Shown: positions 1-10,246, counted from the stretch's first letter. The stretch is DNA of 64,000 nt from Phycisphaerae bacterium (GCA_002709295.1 PAQL01000012.1:171717-235716); one strand, 5' to 3'. The notes: generated from the letters alone by a model not told the origin. Numbers and translations are program-made.

Positions 1-657
1 GACCCTTCGAGCGATGTACTCCGCCAGATCGATCATCTTCTCCACGTGGAGCGGAGACGTGGAGAGCACCTCGCCGAGGTGGTCGAATCCATGTCCCACG
101 TCATCGGCGGGAAGTCCTGCGAGTTCCACGTCCAGACCCTCGATCTCTCCGAAGAGATCGACCAGCGTGCGTCGAAGTTCGCGGCGACCGATCCTTCGGA
201 TGGTGACCGCGGGAACGCCGGCGTCCATCGAACGTTCCGAGAGGATCCGACCGGCCTCCTCGATGGCCGCCTCGTACTCCTCCGCCCGCGGATTGAACTC
301 GGCCGCCTCCTCCGGGGTGAGGGTCGCATCCACCGGAGGCATGTCGCGAGCCCGCAGACGATCGCGAAGCCGGAGCAGAAGCTCGGGGTCGATCCCCGGA
401 TCCCGGGGATCCCCGGCCACGGACTCGAGGTCGACACCGCCGACCGCACGGCGAGAACCGTGACAGTCGAGACAGTGGGCATCGATCATCCGGGCGAGAC
501 CGTCCTCGTCGTCCGGATGCGGATCCGACGGCGTCGATGGGCCTGCGGTGATCGGAGCCGAAGAAGTCGATCCGCCCGCGGCCAGACAGGCGGCGATCGG
601 CATCATGAGGATCCCGAAACGCAACAGGAGCGAACGATTGATCGCCCTGCCGATCAA
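1..657 (-). CDS. Planctomycete cytochrome-c (CxxCH) / DUF1587-DUF1592-type protein, N-terminal part; gene continues past window start
   Basis: Absent from the ORF track because it has no stop in the window. Manual minus-strand translation gives ...NRSLLLRFGILMMPIAACLAAGGS...MIDAHCLDCHGSRRAVGGVDLESVAGDPRDPGIDPELLLRLRDRLRARDMPPVDATLTPEEAA, with a signal-like N-terminus and a CLDCH heme motif. TTG at 657 overlaps the upstream stop (TTGA); alternative ATGs at 606/603. Confidence 0.6.
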   Translation of the reverse strand, partial: MIGRAINRSLLLRFGILMMPIAACLAAGGSTSSAPITAGPSTPSDPHPDDEDGLARMIDAHCLDCHGSRRAVGGVDLESVAGDPRDPGIDPELLLRLRDRLRARDMPPVDATLTPEEAAEFNPRAEEYEAAIEEAGRILSERSMDAGVPAVTIRRIGRRELRRTLVDLFGEIEGLDVELAGLPADDVGHGFDHLGEVLSTSPLHVEKMIDLAEYIARRV

Positions 658-2126
658 GATCCGTTCTCGTCATCCGGTTCGTCGAACAGAAGCCCTCGAA
701 GTCCGAGCGGTGCGGGACGGTCGTCCCTGCCCTCCCCCTCCTTGGACTCGACGAAGTCGACCATCCTCGAAAGGTCGCCATCCTGTCGGGCGGCGGCGAC
801 CGCGCCCACCCACACCTCGAGATCCTCCTCGTCGAGCGTTCGTTCCCAGAAGGCGACCTCGGCGAGATCACGCCCCACCAGGACCACCTCGCCGAAGACC
901 TCCGTCTGGACCTCCCGATCCGGCACCGCCCAGCTCGCGTGGAACACCGGTGGTGCCATGCGCCTGCGCTGCTCGGGTGGATAGAGCCTGGTCTCGAAGG
1001 TCACGGTGCCGAGGCTCTCGTCCCAGTTCCCGTTGGTCACGAAGGGCTCGGCACCGGTCTCCAGCACCACTTCGCTCTCGAGCGGGCGGTCCCCGCCACC
1101 GATCGGAATGCCGAAGGGTCCCGGCATGTCGATGAAGCGATTCCCGGAACGGAGCTTCGACTTGTCCTCCTCGCTGATCGCGGGCGATGCCAGCATGACC
1201 TCGGCGGCATCCTGGGAGGTGTTGACCCACCAGAGGAAGGAGAGCCCCAGCAGGATCAACTGGTCGTTCTCGGGACCGATGCGACCGGGCTTCGCCTCCG
1301 GAACGAATCGCTGGACGGACCGCTCGATGATCGGATCCGCCAACGTGGTCCGGGACCAGTTCCGTTCACCGGCCGAAACCCATCCATCGATGCCCGAGAG
1401 CAGCACCAGCTGACCCTCCTCGGCGGTGATCCATCCGCGTTCGACGGCGAAGCCGATCAGCGGCGTGAACACCTGGACCTGGAACCACTCGTCATCGGTA
1501 CGGGGTCCTCGAGCCTCGGGTGCCCGGAAGCGGTAGTCGACACGCTGTCCCTGCTGGACGAATCCATTCGCCGTGAAACGCAGGAACGCGCTCATCAGAT
1601 CCGGGACGAGCTCCTCGTCGGCGAAACGCCGCCATTCGGAGCGGGCCTCCTCATCCTTGATCCGGCCCTCGAAGAACGCGACCCCCAGTTCGATCCAGAG
1701 CCTGCCCGCATCCATCCGGGAGCGGAACGCGGTCCAGTCGTCGCGCACGTCCCCGAACTGTTCGATGTAGAGGTAGCTGGTGCCGAACTCCCCGGGCAAC
1801 GAGGACCAGCCGTTGCGGTTTCCGACCTCGCTGGGAAGCTCTCGATCCTTGAACGCGGCCTCGAAGCGCACCCCATCCTTCCCCTTGTCCCGACGGGAGG
1901 GGCCGGCCTCATAGGCCTCGGAAAGCCTCTGCAGATCATCGACGTCGGCGCGATTGGTCTCGAAGATCCTCTCCGGTCCGGACTCGCCCGCCCGCATCTG
2001 GATCTTCACCTGTCGATTCGTGCATCCGGTCGCGAGCATCCCCGCCGTCAGACCCAGGCATGCGAAGGCGTGGACGGCCCTCACCCCGGGATGATTCCGA
2101 AGGCGGCTTCGACGTGGTTTTCTCAT
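654..2126 (-). CDS. hypothetical lipoprotein (490 aa), no recognisable domain
   Basis: ORF 654..2339 trimmed to ATG 2126 (MRKPRRSRLRNHPGVRAVHAFACLGLTAGMLATGC, lipobox-like). Trimming removes the overlap with 2173..2811. Confidence 0.6.
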   Translation of the reverse strand: MRKPRRSRLRNHPGVRAVHAFACLGLTAGMLATGCTNRQVKIQMRAGESGPERIFETNRADVDDLQRLSEAYEAGPSRRDKGKDGVRFEAAFKDRELPSEVGNRNGWSSLPGEFGTSYLYIEQFGDVRDDWTAFRSRMDAGRLWIELGVAFFEGRIKDEEARSEWRRFADEELVPDLMSAFLRFTANGFVQQGQRVDYRFRAPEARGPRTDDEWFQVQVFTPLIGFAVERGWITAEEGQLVLLSGIDGWVSAGERNWSRTTLADPIIERSVQRFVPEAKPGRIGPENDQLILLGLSFLWWVNTSQDAAEVMLASPAISEEDKSKLRSGNRFIDMPGPFGIPIGGGDRPLESEVVLETGAEPFVTNGNWDESLGTVTFETRLYPPEQRRRMAPPVFHASWAVPDREVQTEVFGEVVLVGRDLAEVAFWERTLDEEDLEVWVGAVAAARQDGDLSRMVDFVESKEGEGRDDRPAPLGLRGLLFDEPDDENGS

Positions 2127-2172
2127 GGCCCAATCGTAGCCGCAGGAAGCGCACGATCCATGGGTGCGATCA

Positions 2173-2811
2173 TCAATTCCGAAGCGCTCGCACCAGCCAT
2201 CCTCGAGCCCCCTCCTCGTGACGGATGGTCTCGTAGCGGCACGCTTCGAGGTCGGTGACCCGGAATCCCGCGTTCTCGAGGCACTCCCGGAGCTCCTCTC
2301 TCGCGTATCGCCGAGGGCCTCCGGGGCTCGTCTCGGCATCGCTGAACACGATGGTCACCAGTTCCCCTCCGGAGACGAGGGCCTCATGGAGTCCGGCGAG
2401 ATACCTGGGGCGATCCGCATCGGAGAAGACATGAAGCACGCCGGCATCGAGAATCGAACCGAAGGGACCGTCCGGAACCTCCTTGCGAAGATCGCATGTC
2501 GACACGCGGCCTCGATCCTCGAACCCGGCCTGCCGGAGCTGTTCACGAGCCCTCCGGGTCGCCGCGGGAACGAGATCCGCGCCGACGACCTGCAGGTCCT
2601 TCCGGTGATGACAGACCGCGACCAGGTTCTCACCCGTGCCGCACCCCGCATCGAGAAGAGGGCCCTGCGACAACCAGCCGCGTTCCAGCACCTCGAGGAC
2701 CGCGCCCTGGGCACGATCGATGCACCATGCGGGGGATCCGGAGTCGTACGCAAGCTGGAAGTCCTGCGAGGGGACGCCTTCGGGCCCTGGAATGGGCGGA
2801 GTTCCGGTCAT
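2173..2811 (-). CDS. class I SAM-dependent methyltransferase
   Basis: Motif I LLDAGCGTGENL and the typical downstream acidic/hydrophobic strands. ATGA start/stop overlap with the upstream gene. Confidence 0.8.
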   Translation of the reverse strand: MTGTPPIPGPEGVPSQDFQLAYDSGSPAWCIDRAQGAVLEVLERGWLSQGPLLDAGCGTGENLVAVCHHRKDLQVVGADLVPAATRRAREQLRQAGFEDRGRVSTCDLRKEVPDGPFGSILDAGVLHVFSDADRPRYLAGLHEALVSGGELVTIVFSDAETSPGGPRRYAREELRECLENAGFRVTDLEACRYETIRHEEGARGWLVRALRN

Positions 2812-3572
2812 CTCGCCTCCATGCCGGATGATCCCGTTCCGAGCGACCGCATCAACTCCCTCAACCCTTCCGACTCGGTTTCAGGAACGTTCCGCCCCAG
2901 CTCCTCGAGGGCGATGGTCGGAACCACGATATCCACGTCGTCATCCTCGTCCCGATCGGCTGGGAGTCGACCGGAGACCACGACCTCGAGATCGACCGCC
3001 CACCAGAAGTGCACCCGCTCCCCGGGTCCGAGCACCGACTCCACTCGAAGCACCAGCCGATCCGCCTCGCCCTCCACGAGATGAGACCGCCATTCGGGTT
3101 TGAGTTGATGACAGCCGACTCGAATCTCGATGTCGGCATCGTCCGTGGATCCTTCGGCCACCGTTCCCACGAGGATCATCGGACGGCGTGGCAGAGGGAA
3201 CTGATGGTGATAGCGGATCCGGCGTCGGACATCGGACCGGTTCTCCATCCACCCGGTGCCCGCATCCACCACGTCGTCGATCGAGGTCCGAGACCGCATG
3301 TAGTCGGCGAAGACGATGCGGGTCGGCTCGATCTCGACGGCGCGGCGCCTCACCATCCCGTCGGGGAGCGGCTGTGCCGTGATCTGCTTCGGTTCGAGCG
3401 GACGTGGACAGTCATCCGCGACCGCACGTCCTCCGTTCAGCATCATCAGGGGCAGGACGAGAAGCATGGATCGAACCCGCGAGCACCGCACGACCGACCA
3501 CCTCGGCATCGGGATGCGGAGCACGCCCGTGCGATCAGCGGAGTTCGTATTGGTCTTCGGTTGTTCCGACAC
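2808..3572 (-). CDS. hypothetical secreted protein
   Basis: Co-directional with its neighbours and coupled to them. The track start at 3572 is GTG. ATG at 3509 gives a good signal peptide (MPRWSVVRCSRVRSMLLVLPLMMLNGGRAVA). No known domain recognised. Confidence 0.55.
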   Translation of the reverse strand: MSEQPKTNTNSADRTGVLRIPMPRWSVVRCSRVRSMLLVLPLMMLNGGRAVADDCPRPLEPKQITAQPLPDGMVRRRAVEIEPTRIVFADYMRSRTSIDDVVDAGTGWMENRSDVRRRIRYHHQFPLPRRPMILVGTVAEGSTDDADIEIRVGCHQLKPEWRSHLVEGEADRLVLRVESVLGPGERVHFWWAVDLEVVVSGRLPADRDEDDDVDIVVPTIALEELGRNVPETESEGLRELMRSLGTGSSGMEAR

Positions 3573-3604
3573 GTTGGTGAAGCCTTGAAACGGCTTGATG
3601 GGAA

Positions 3605-6544
3605 TCAGGGAGGCCGCTGGAAAGCGGGGTCGTCGGGATCACCGGCCGATCTCATGTACGCGAGGAGATCGAGGATCTCATCCATGGAGGCGGTGTCGAG
3701 CAGGCCGGCGGGCATCGGCGAGGCCGCCGACTCCGAGACGATCTGATCGGCCGGAATCTCCACTCTGAGGCGGCCGGAACGGGGATCGGGAGCCAGTGCC
3801 ACCGTCTCACCCGTCCGCTCGATCGGAAGACCCAGTTCCAGGGAATCATCCCGGGTCCTGATCACCACGCCCGCATACTGGTCCGAGAGATCCCGGCCGG
3901 GATCGACCGATGCCACCAGGAGATCGAGCGGTGAGAATCTGGCCCCCACACCGGTGAGATCGGGGCCGTAGGCGATGCCCTGCCCGCCGATCTGATGGCA
4001 CGCGGAACACTGGAGTTCGGTGTAAAGGGCTCGTCCACGTTCGAAATCGCGACCGGCGTGCACTCTGGAGAGATGCGGCTCGAACTCCTCCACCGTCCAG
4101 GCCCGAACGAAACGACGAGCTTCGGACTCGTTGTTCCTCGTCTCTCGGGCAGCTGCAAGCTCGGTGAGCCGGTCCGCCGCATCCGGGCCCAGATGCACCA
4201 GCAATCCATCACGAATGCCGGACACGTACCCCGGGAAGCTGGCCCCACCCTGCTCCTGCGACATCGCGTCGAGTGCCGACACCACGGTTCTCCTGGAGAC
4301 CTCATCCCAGCCGGAGCCCTGGTGACGAAGCGCGTGCAGGTAGTGGATGATCTCGATCGGGGTGATCTCCTCGGAGATGATCTCCGCGGTTCGTTCGACC
4401 ACGAACGGCGCTTCCAGTGCGACACCGACCTCCACCAGCACCCGATCGGCGTCGAATCGTCCGGTCGGATAGACCTCGTCGAGGATCTCGAGGACGGTCT
4501 CCCTCGCCTCCGGTTCAAGCGGACCGTGACGCGCGACGACCAGAGAGAGCGTTCGCGCGAGATATCGACGGGCTTCCGGTGAATCGTCCTGTTCCGCGAG
4601 ATCCCCGATCAGATCCAGTCGTTCCAGCACGTCGGCCCGATCACCGGCACGGACGATCGCGATCATGCCTTCCCAGGCCGCGGGACCGGCACTCTGCTCG
4701 ATGTGTTCGGTCAGCAGCGTCGTCTCCGACGTCACGTCGCCCCACTCGCCGAGCGTCGCTCGCAATCGATGCTCGTATCCGATCCGCGCCGCCCGTCGCA
4801 CCGCGTGATCCTCGTCCGCGAGTCCGGCGAGGAGATCGTCCAGCTCGAAGTCCGTATCGCCGTGCGAGGCCTCGATCGCCCTTCGTCGCCCGCGTGCCTC
4901 CGCGGCCGCCGGATCGGAATCGGGCGTGGCATCCGACACGGGAGTGCCGGTCCACTTCACCCGATAGAGACCCGACTGGGAACCGCGGCCCCCGGTGGTG
5001 AGGATCATCGAGCCGTCCGGCGCGAAGTCGAAGTCGGTGACGTTGAAGGGTCTGCCCTGCAGGAAGGGTCTCGTGGTCCCCGTGTAGGTCGCGCCATCCG
5101 GCTCGAGCTCGACCGCAAGCACGCGGCCGTAGGCCCAGTCACCGAGGAACATCGATTCCCGCCATGGATCGGGGAAGTTCGATCGGTGTCCGCTGGCCAC
5201 ACCCGTCGGGCTCCCCGCGTCCATCTCGAGCACCGCGGGAAACGAATCGGCCGCATCTATCGGCCATTTGGCGCTTCCGCCCCGCCAGCCGTACTCGCCT
5301 CCGGAGACCAGGTGGATGAACCTGGGCGTCCGGTACCACGGCAGACCGATGTCCCACTCCATGTCCGCGTCGTAGGTGAACAGCTCGCCGTCACGATTGA
5401 AGTCGATGTCGTAGGGATTCCTCATGCCCGCCGCGACGATCTCCCATCGGGTCGCATCGAGATCGGTTCGAAGCAGCACCCCGCCGGGCGACATCTTGCC
5501 GACGGCATGGCCGCGAGGATCCCACAGACGTTCGATGACGATGTCCTCGGCCCAGCCCGCATGGGGGGAGGGATCGACGAGCGGCTCCGGGATCGTGGCG
5601 TAGTTGCCGTTGATCATCCAGATCATGCCGTCGGGTCCGAGCACGAGCCCGTGCGGACCATGTTCGGAACCGCTCCCGTAGGCCGCGAGTCGCTCCGTGA
5701 TCTCGTATCGATCGTCACCGTCCGCGTCACGCAGACGCCAGAGGCCGCCGGTCTTCGCCGGATCGTCCGCGACGTTCACGTAGAGATCGTCCCCCACCAC
5801 CAGAAGTCCCTGGGCCCGACCCACGGTGTCGTGCAGTCGCTCGACCCGCGCCCGCCCCCTCCGGGAATCCGACGGCGTGATCCTGAGCAGAGGTCCGCGC
5901 TGGGCGGACAGGATGACACGCCCCTTCGGATCGATGGTCATCGCCGACCATGATCCCTCGCCCGGGCGTGCGGCATGAAGAAGTTCGACCTCGAATCCCT
6001 CCGGCACGGTGATCCGATCGGCCGGGGTCGCCTTTCCCTCCTCGAACGGATCGGGCCATGGGCCGTCCGGCCCGGAGGCAGGACCGAAGTCGACCGGAGG
6101 ACGCGCACGCGCAGAACCCTCCGCATCCAGCACCGTCCATGAATCATCGGTTACGAAGACCCGATCGCCGTCGGGATGCTCCACCGTCACCACCGCGATC
6201 AGCCCTGCGGGACCGCCGTCGTTCCGGCACGAGAATCGGAGCACTCTGCGTCCGGGAGCGGGTTCATCCAGTTCGTACCAGGTCGCCTGGGACCATTCCC
6301 CGTTCTCGAAGGCCCGGACCCCGTCCAGATCGACCGAGAGATGATTGTCCGCCGTGGCGTGAATCGTGAGCCTGACGGCACCCTCCGGAACGTCGATGCC
6401 CACCTCGAACACCGCCTTCTGGCCATCGGAGGACTCGGCCTCCGACCAGATCCATCGTGGTTCCGGCGGTTCGAGACCGATGGCTCCCAGGACCGGGAGA
6501 AGAAGCAGCGGAGACAGCCAGCCGATCGATTGGCGAGTGTTCAT
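3605..6544 (-). CDS. PVC-type heme-binding CxxCH protein (membrane-bound dehydrogenase domain + HEAT-like repeats + C-terminal cytochrome c)
   Basis: 979 aa with a signal peptide. ITVPEGFEVELL...beta-propeller-like region, a helical repeat region, and C-terminal LQCSACHQIGGQGIAYGPDLTGVG. Confidence 0.85.
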   Translation of the reverse strand: MNTRQSIGWLSPLLLLPVLGAIGLEPPEPRWIWSEAESSDGQKAVFEVGIDVPEGAVRLTIHATADNHLSVDLDGVRAFENGEWSQATWYELDEPAPGRRVLRFSCRNDGGPAGLIAVVTVEHPDGDRVFVTDDSWTVLDAEGSARARPPVDFGPASGPDGPWPDPFEEGKATPADRITVPEGFEVELLHAARPGEGSWSAMTIDPKGRVILSAQRGPLLRITPSDSRRGRARVERLHDTVGRAQGLLVVGDDLYVNVADDPAKTGGLWRLRDADGDDRYEITERLAAYGSGSEHGPHGLVLGPDGMIWMINGNYATIPEPLVDPSPHAGWAEDIVIERLWDPRGHAVGKMSPGGVLLRTDLDATRWEIVAAGMRNPYDIDFNRDGELFTYDADMEWDIGLPWYRTPRFIHLVSGGEYGWRGGSAKWPIDAADSFPAVLEMDAGSPTGVASGHRSNFPDPWRESMFLGDWAYGRVLAVELEPDGATYTGTTRPFLQGRPFNVTDFDFAPDGSMILTTGGRGSQSGLYRVKWTGTPVSDATPDSDPAAAEARGRRRAIEASHGDTDFELDDLLAGLADEDHAVRRAARIGYEHRLRATLGEWGDVTSETTLLTEHIEQSAGPAAWEGMIAIVRAGDRADVLERLDLIGDLAEQDDSPEARRYLARTLSLVVARHGPLEPEARETVLEILDEVYPTGRFDADRVLVEVGVALEAPFVVERTAEIISEEITPIEIIHYLHALRHQGSGWDEVSRRTVVSALDAMSQEQGGASFPGYVSGIRDGLLVHLGPDAADRLTELAAARETRNNESEARRFVRAWTVEEFEPHLSRVHAGRDFERGRALYTELQCSACHQIGGQGIAYGPDLTGVGARFSPLDLLVASVDPGRDLSDQYAGVVIRTRDDSLELGLPIERTGETVALAPDPRSGRLRVEIPADQIVSESAASPMPAGLLDTASMDEILDLLAYMRSAGDPDDPAFQRPP

Positions 6545-6586
6545 CCCCCGATCCTAACGCCGGGGGTCCCGAGGAGTCCCGGGGAA

Positions 6587-7459
6587 CTACCGACGTCGAC
6601 GCTTCGTGCCCACGGGGCTCAGGGTGGAGTTCTGAATTCGGCTCTCCCCCCCGCCGGCAAGCTGGTTCAGGAAGACCTCGACGTTCTTCTTCACCTCCTG
6701 CAGGTCCTTCCACTGGAGGCCCTGCAGCATCCCGCTGGACAGGGCCGCCATCACGCTGAAGGCCGTGAAGGTCATTCGTCCCGCCTGCGGATCGATCGCC
6801 ACTCCGACGCAGCCCATGTTCGAGAGCAGCTCGATCACGCACTTCATCTCCATGTCGTCGGACGTCCTCCCCGTCCTCACGAGAGCACCGAGCGTCCGCG
6901 CAGTCGCGAAGATCAGGCCCTCGTCGTTCTGACGGGAATCGGTGATCATCCTGCCGACCTTCTCGAGTTCGGGCCGCGGCTGGATGCCGACCTGGAGTTC
7001 ATCCCCACCGAGGCGGAAGTTGCGATGGATGGTGTTGTTGAGAGCAGCGATGAATCCACGACCGCTGGTGACGGTCGAGTAGTTGATCGATGTCGCCTCG
7101 CCCCGGGCCATGTCGGTCGCGGTCGCCTTGTCGAATCTGACGAAGGCGTCCGGGTCACCTCCTGTCCTCTGCTCCTCGGGCGCCTCGGCCTCCGCCGCCG
7201 CTCCGAAGGACATCTCCTCCACCCCGAGGTCGTGAAGATTCCAGAGAGCCGCCTGGACCATGGGATCGGTCCATTCGGTCTCCTCCCGTCGACTCTGCAT
7301 GATGAAGGAGGCGGGGAGCATCCCGATGAACCGCCTGTCCCGGGGGATCTCGAGCATCGAGACGCATTGCGGAAAGGCGATCTCCGTGAAGCGGAGAAAG
7401 GTCTGCCGATCCTGCTCCGCGAGGGAGATGACTTCCTTGTTGATGGTGATGCTTGCCAT
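6587..7459 (-). CDS. hypothetical protein (290 aa), no recognisable family
   Basis: ATG start with an AGGA-type RBS upstream. Non-shadow composition and a basic tail ...TKRRRR. Divergent from purE. Confidence 0.6.
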   Translation of the reverse strand: MASITINKEVISLAEQDRQTFLRFTEIAFPQCVSMLEIPRDRRFIGMLPASFIMQSRREETEWTDPMVQAALWNLHDLGVEEMSFGAAAEAEAPEEQRTGGDPDAFVRFDKATATDMARGEATSINYSTVTSGRGFIAALNNTIHRNFRLGGDELQVGIQPRPELEKVGRMITDSRQNDEGLIFATARTLGALVRTGRTSDDMEMKCVIELLSNMGCVGVAIDPQAGRMTFTAFSVMAALSSGMLQGLQWKDLQEVKKNVEVFLNQLAGGGESRIQNSTLSPVGTKRRRR

Positions 7460-7551
7460 GGATACCCATCCTAGTTGGGGACCGCCCCTCGGGCATCAGT
7501 CCGGAAACGGGGATTTCTCCTGTTCTCCATCCGACCGTTACCATCCGGTGC

Positions 7552-8088
7552 ATGAGCAAGACGAACAGCGGCGGAAACGGGCCCGACGTCGGCATCGTGA
7601 TGGGCTCCCGGAGCGACTGGGAGACGATGCGTCACGCCGCGGAGATCCTCGAGGAACTCGGGGTCTCCCACGAGACGCGGGTCGTGAGTGCCCATCGCAC
7701 CCCCGATCTCCTCTTCGAATACGCCGATTCCGCCTCGACCAGAGGCCTGCAGGTCGTGATCGCGGGTGCCGGTGGCGCCGCCCACCTTCCGGGCATGATC
7801 GCGGCCAAGACCGCCCTTCCGGTGCTTGGCGTTCCGGTGGAGTCGAAGGCCCTGTCCGGAATGGACTCGCTCCTCTCGATCGTGCAGATGCCCGCCGGCG
7901 TCCCGGTCGGGACCCTGGCCATCGGAAGAGCCGGCGCCACCAACGCCGGTCTGCTCGCGGCTTCGATCGTCGGACTCCGCAATCCGACCGTGAGCACCGC
8001 GGTGGAGAACTGGAGGCGCGGCCGCACCGACCAGGTGCTCGCCGACCCGGACCCGTCCAAGGACCCGGGAGGATCGGACCAGGGATGA
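7552..8088 (+). CDS. purE: N5-carboxyaminoimidazole ribonucleotide mutase
   Basis: [14 protein letters not shown]...VVSAHRTPD...[13 protein letters not shown]. Start set at ATG 7552 to avoid overlap with the divergent gene. Confidence 0.93.
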   Translation: MSKTNSGGNGPDVGIVMGSRSDWETMRHAAEILEELGVSHETRVVSAHRTPDLLFEYADSASTRGLQVVIAGAGGAAHLPGMIAAKTALPVLGVPVESKALSGMDSLLSIVQMPAGVPVGTLAIGRAGATNAGLLAASIVGLRNPTVSTAVENWRRGRTDQVLADPDPSKDPGGSDQG

Positions 8089-9281
8089 CCGACCCAACGC
8101 GACCGGCTCGGACCCTCGGGATCCTGGGCGGTGGACAACTCGGATGGATGCTCGGCACCGCCGCCCGGCGACTCGGCATCGAGTGCGTGTTCCTCGATCC
8201 CGGGGAGTCCTGCCCCTCCGACATGGTCGGTCGTCGAATCCGCACCGCCTACGACGACGAGAGCGGGCTCGATCGACTCGCTTCCGAATCGGACGTGGTC
8301 ACCTACGAGTTCGAGAACGTTCCGGCTCATGCCGCGGCCCGACTCCTCGAGCGGGTGCCGGTGCGTCCGGGACCTCGTTCACTGGAGACCAGCCAGGACC
8401 GACTGGTCGAGAAGAGCTTCATCGAATCACTCGGGGTTCCGGTGCCGCGGTTCGCCCCGATCGACACGCCAGATGATCTGCCCGCGGCGATGAAGCAGGT
8501 CGGATCCGAATCGATCTTCAAGACCCGACGCGGCGGATACGACGGCAAGGGCCAGGTCCGCCTCCACGCGGGTGAGGATCCGGTCGCCCGCCTCGCCGGT
8601 CTGCAGGGCGCCCCCGTCATCGCCGAAGCCCTCGTTCCCTTCGATCTCGAGGCGAGCATGCTCGTGGTTCGCGGGACGGATGGAAGCACCCTGACCTGGA
8701 GTGCCATTCAGAACGAGCACGCCGGCGGGATCCTCAGAAGAAGCGATGCGCCCGGCCCGGGGATCTCGGCCGCCGCCGAGACCGCGATGCGGAGGCATGC
8801 CGCGACGATCGCCAACGCCCTCGAGCATGTGGGGGTGCTCGCGGTGGAGTTCTTCATCCTCGGGAACGAGGTCCTGGTGAACGAGATCGCTCCGAGGGTT
8901 CACAACAGCGGTCATCTCACGATCGAGCACGCCCGCACCAGCCAGTTCGAGAATCATGTCCGAGCCGTCGTGGGTCTCCCGCTGGAGTCGACGGAGCCTC
9001 GGTTCCCGATGGCGACGATGCTGAATGCGATCGGAGACCGACCGGGCGACTCGGAGCTCGAGAACGCCGGCGTGGGCCTGATCGACGAGCTGGGGGATGG
9101 CGGATCACCCCTCGGATCCGGCCAGGCCCGCTGGCACGACTATCGCAAGACCCCTCGAGCCGGCCGGAAGGTCGGGCACCTCACCATCGTGGGCGATTCG
9201 ATCGACGAGCAACGGGTGGCCGAGCTGGCCGCGATGGTCCCCGGAGCGGCGGAAGCTCCTTCACTCGCCTCGGGCGAGTGA
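8085..9281 (+). CDS. purK: N5-carboxyaminoimidazole ribonucleotide synthase
   Basis: [16 protein letters not shown]-grasp motifs, ...[13 protein letters not shown] overlap with the purE stop. It is the in-frame part of ORF 7260..9281. Confidence 0.93.
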   Translation: MTDPTRPARTLGILGGGQLGWMLGTAARRLGIECVFLDPGESCPSDMVGRRIRTAYDDESGLDRLASESDVVTYEFENVPAHAAARLLERVPVRPGPRSLETSQDRLVEKSFIESLGVPVPRFAPIDTPDDLPAAMKQVGSESIFKTRRGGYDGKGQVRLHAGEDPVARLAGLQGAPVIAEALVPFDLEASMLVVRGTDGSTLTWSAIQNEHAGGILRRSDAPGPGISAAAETAMRRHAATIANALEHVGVLAVEFFILGNEVLVNEIAPRVHNSGHLTIEHARTSQFENHVRAVVGLPLESTEPRFPMATMLNAIGDRPGDSELENAGVGLIDELGDGGSPLGSGQARWHDYRKTPRAGRKVGHLTIVGDSIDEQRVAELAAMVPGAAEAPSLASGE

Positions 9282-9298
9282 GCCCGGACATTCAGGAC

Positions 9299-10246
9299 TC
9301 AGCCCTGTCCCGACTCGAGCCCGCAGGTCTCGAGTCGATCTCTGGCCACCTCGATCGCGGCGCTTGAACGGTCGATCCCGATGGCTCGCCGGCCCGATCT
9401 CATCGCTGCTTCGAGGGTCGTGCCGCTGCCGCAGAAGGGATCGATCACCAGACCATCCGGTGGACAGCATGCGCGGACCAGGAGATCGAGCAGAGCCAGC
9501 GGTTTCTGATCGGGCCAGCCGGTCCGCTCGCGGGCCATGTTGTTGATCGCGGGAATGTCCAGAACGTCGGTCGCCTTCTTCAGGCTTCCCGCGAGCCGCC
9601 GGCTGGTGGCGGGGACCAGCGGTGGATCGAACCACCGCTCCTCGCCGCGTGCGTAGTAGAGGATGTCGTCGTGCTTTCTGGCGAAGCGGGTCGGCGATGA
9701 ACCGCCCAGCCCGTAGTGCCAGATGATGTGGTTCACGAACCGATCGGGTCCGAACACGTCGTCGAGGATGCAGCGCACCCGGTGCGAGGTGCGCCAGTCG
9801 ACGTGGATCAGGATCGCACCGTCGGAGGCGAGCACCCGGTGCATCGCCTCGATCCGCGATCCGAGGAAGTCGAGGTAGGCATCCGGTGATTCGAAGCGGT
9901 CCTCGTAGGCGAGCTCCCTTCCCGCCTCCACCCCGCGTGACGTCCCCCTGCGGACCCCCCCGGTCGAGAACGGCGGATCGGCATAGATCAGCGAAGCCGC
10001 GCCCTCGTCGAGGGAGGCGAGGACATCGAGGCAGTCTCCTTCGATGCACTGCGGGATCGAGGGCGTCGTGGTCACGAGCACATGATGACCGACACCGCCG
10101 ATCTCCGTCGTGACCGTGGTTCCGGGCACAAGAAGACCCCGCGGCGAGGCCGCGGGGTCTGTTCCTTTTCCCTGTCGTTTCCGGAGCCGCGGGGTTCGCG
10201 GATCAGCCGGCTTCCGCCCTCGGATGAGCCTTGTCGTAGGAATCAC
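9299..10246 (-). CDS. site-specific DNA methyltransferase, N6-A/N4-C beta class (motif IV before motif I)
   Basis: LIYADPPFSTG (motif IV), WPDQKPLALL, DPFCGSGTTLEAA (motif I). The track start at 10246 is GTG and overlaps the xerC 3' end by 44 nt. Alternative GTGs at 10129/10081. Confidence 0.85.
   Translation of the reverse strand: MIPTTRLIRGRKPADPRTPRLRKRQGKGTDPAASPRGLLVPGTTVTTEIGGVGHHVLVTTTPSIPQCIEGDCLDVLASLDEGAASLIYADPPFSTGGVRRGTSRGVEAGRELAYEDRFESPDAYLDFLGSRIEAMHRVLASDGAILIHVDWRTSHRVRCILDDVFGPDRFVNHIIWHYGLGGSSPTRFARKHDDILYYARGEERWFDPPLVPATSRRLAGSLKKATDVLDIPAINNMARERTGWPDQKPLALLDLLVRACCPPDGLVIDPFCGSGTTLEAAMRSGRRAIGIDRSSAAIEVARDRLETCGLESGQG

Noticed and set aside
14-984. ORFs 14..463, 46..984, 33..482 and 101..871 at the window start
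   Set aside because: The third minus-strand frame, absent from the track because the gene runs off the edge, gives a signal peptide and a CLDCH cytochrome-c motif with a planctomycete-type continuation. The listed ORFs are Arg/Ser/Pro-rich shadows of it.
6587-7459. The 290-aa orphan as an encapsulin/HK97-type shell protein
   Set aside because: Only the size fits. I recognise no similarity to family 1 or 2 encapsulins or to phage capsids, and there is no cargo, protease or portal gene nearby. It is kept as a hypothetical protein.
7460-7551. ZTP (pfl) or other purine riboswitch upstream of purE
   Set aside because: The leader is only 92 nt and lacks the conserved pseudoknot-forming CCGCCUGGGC-type segment. 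Likewise, the 31-nt gap before queF and the 58-nt gap before trpS are too short for preQ1 or T-box elements.
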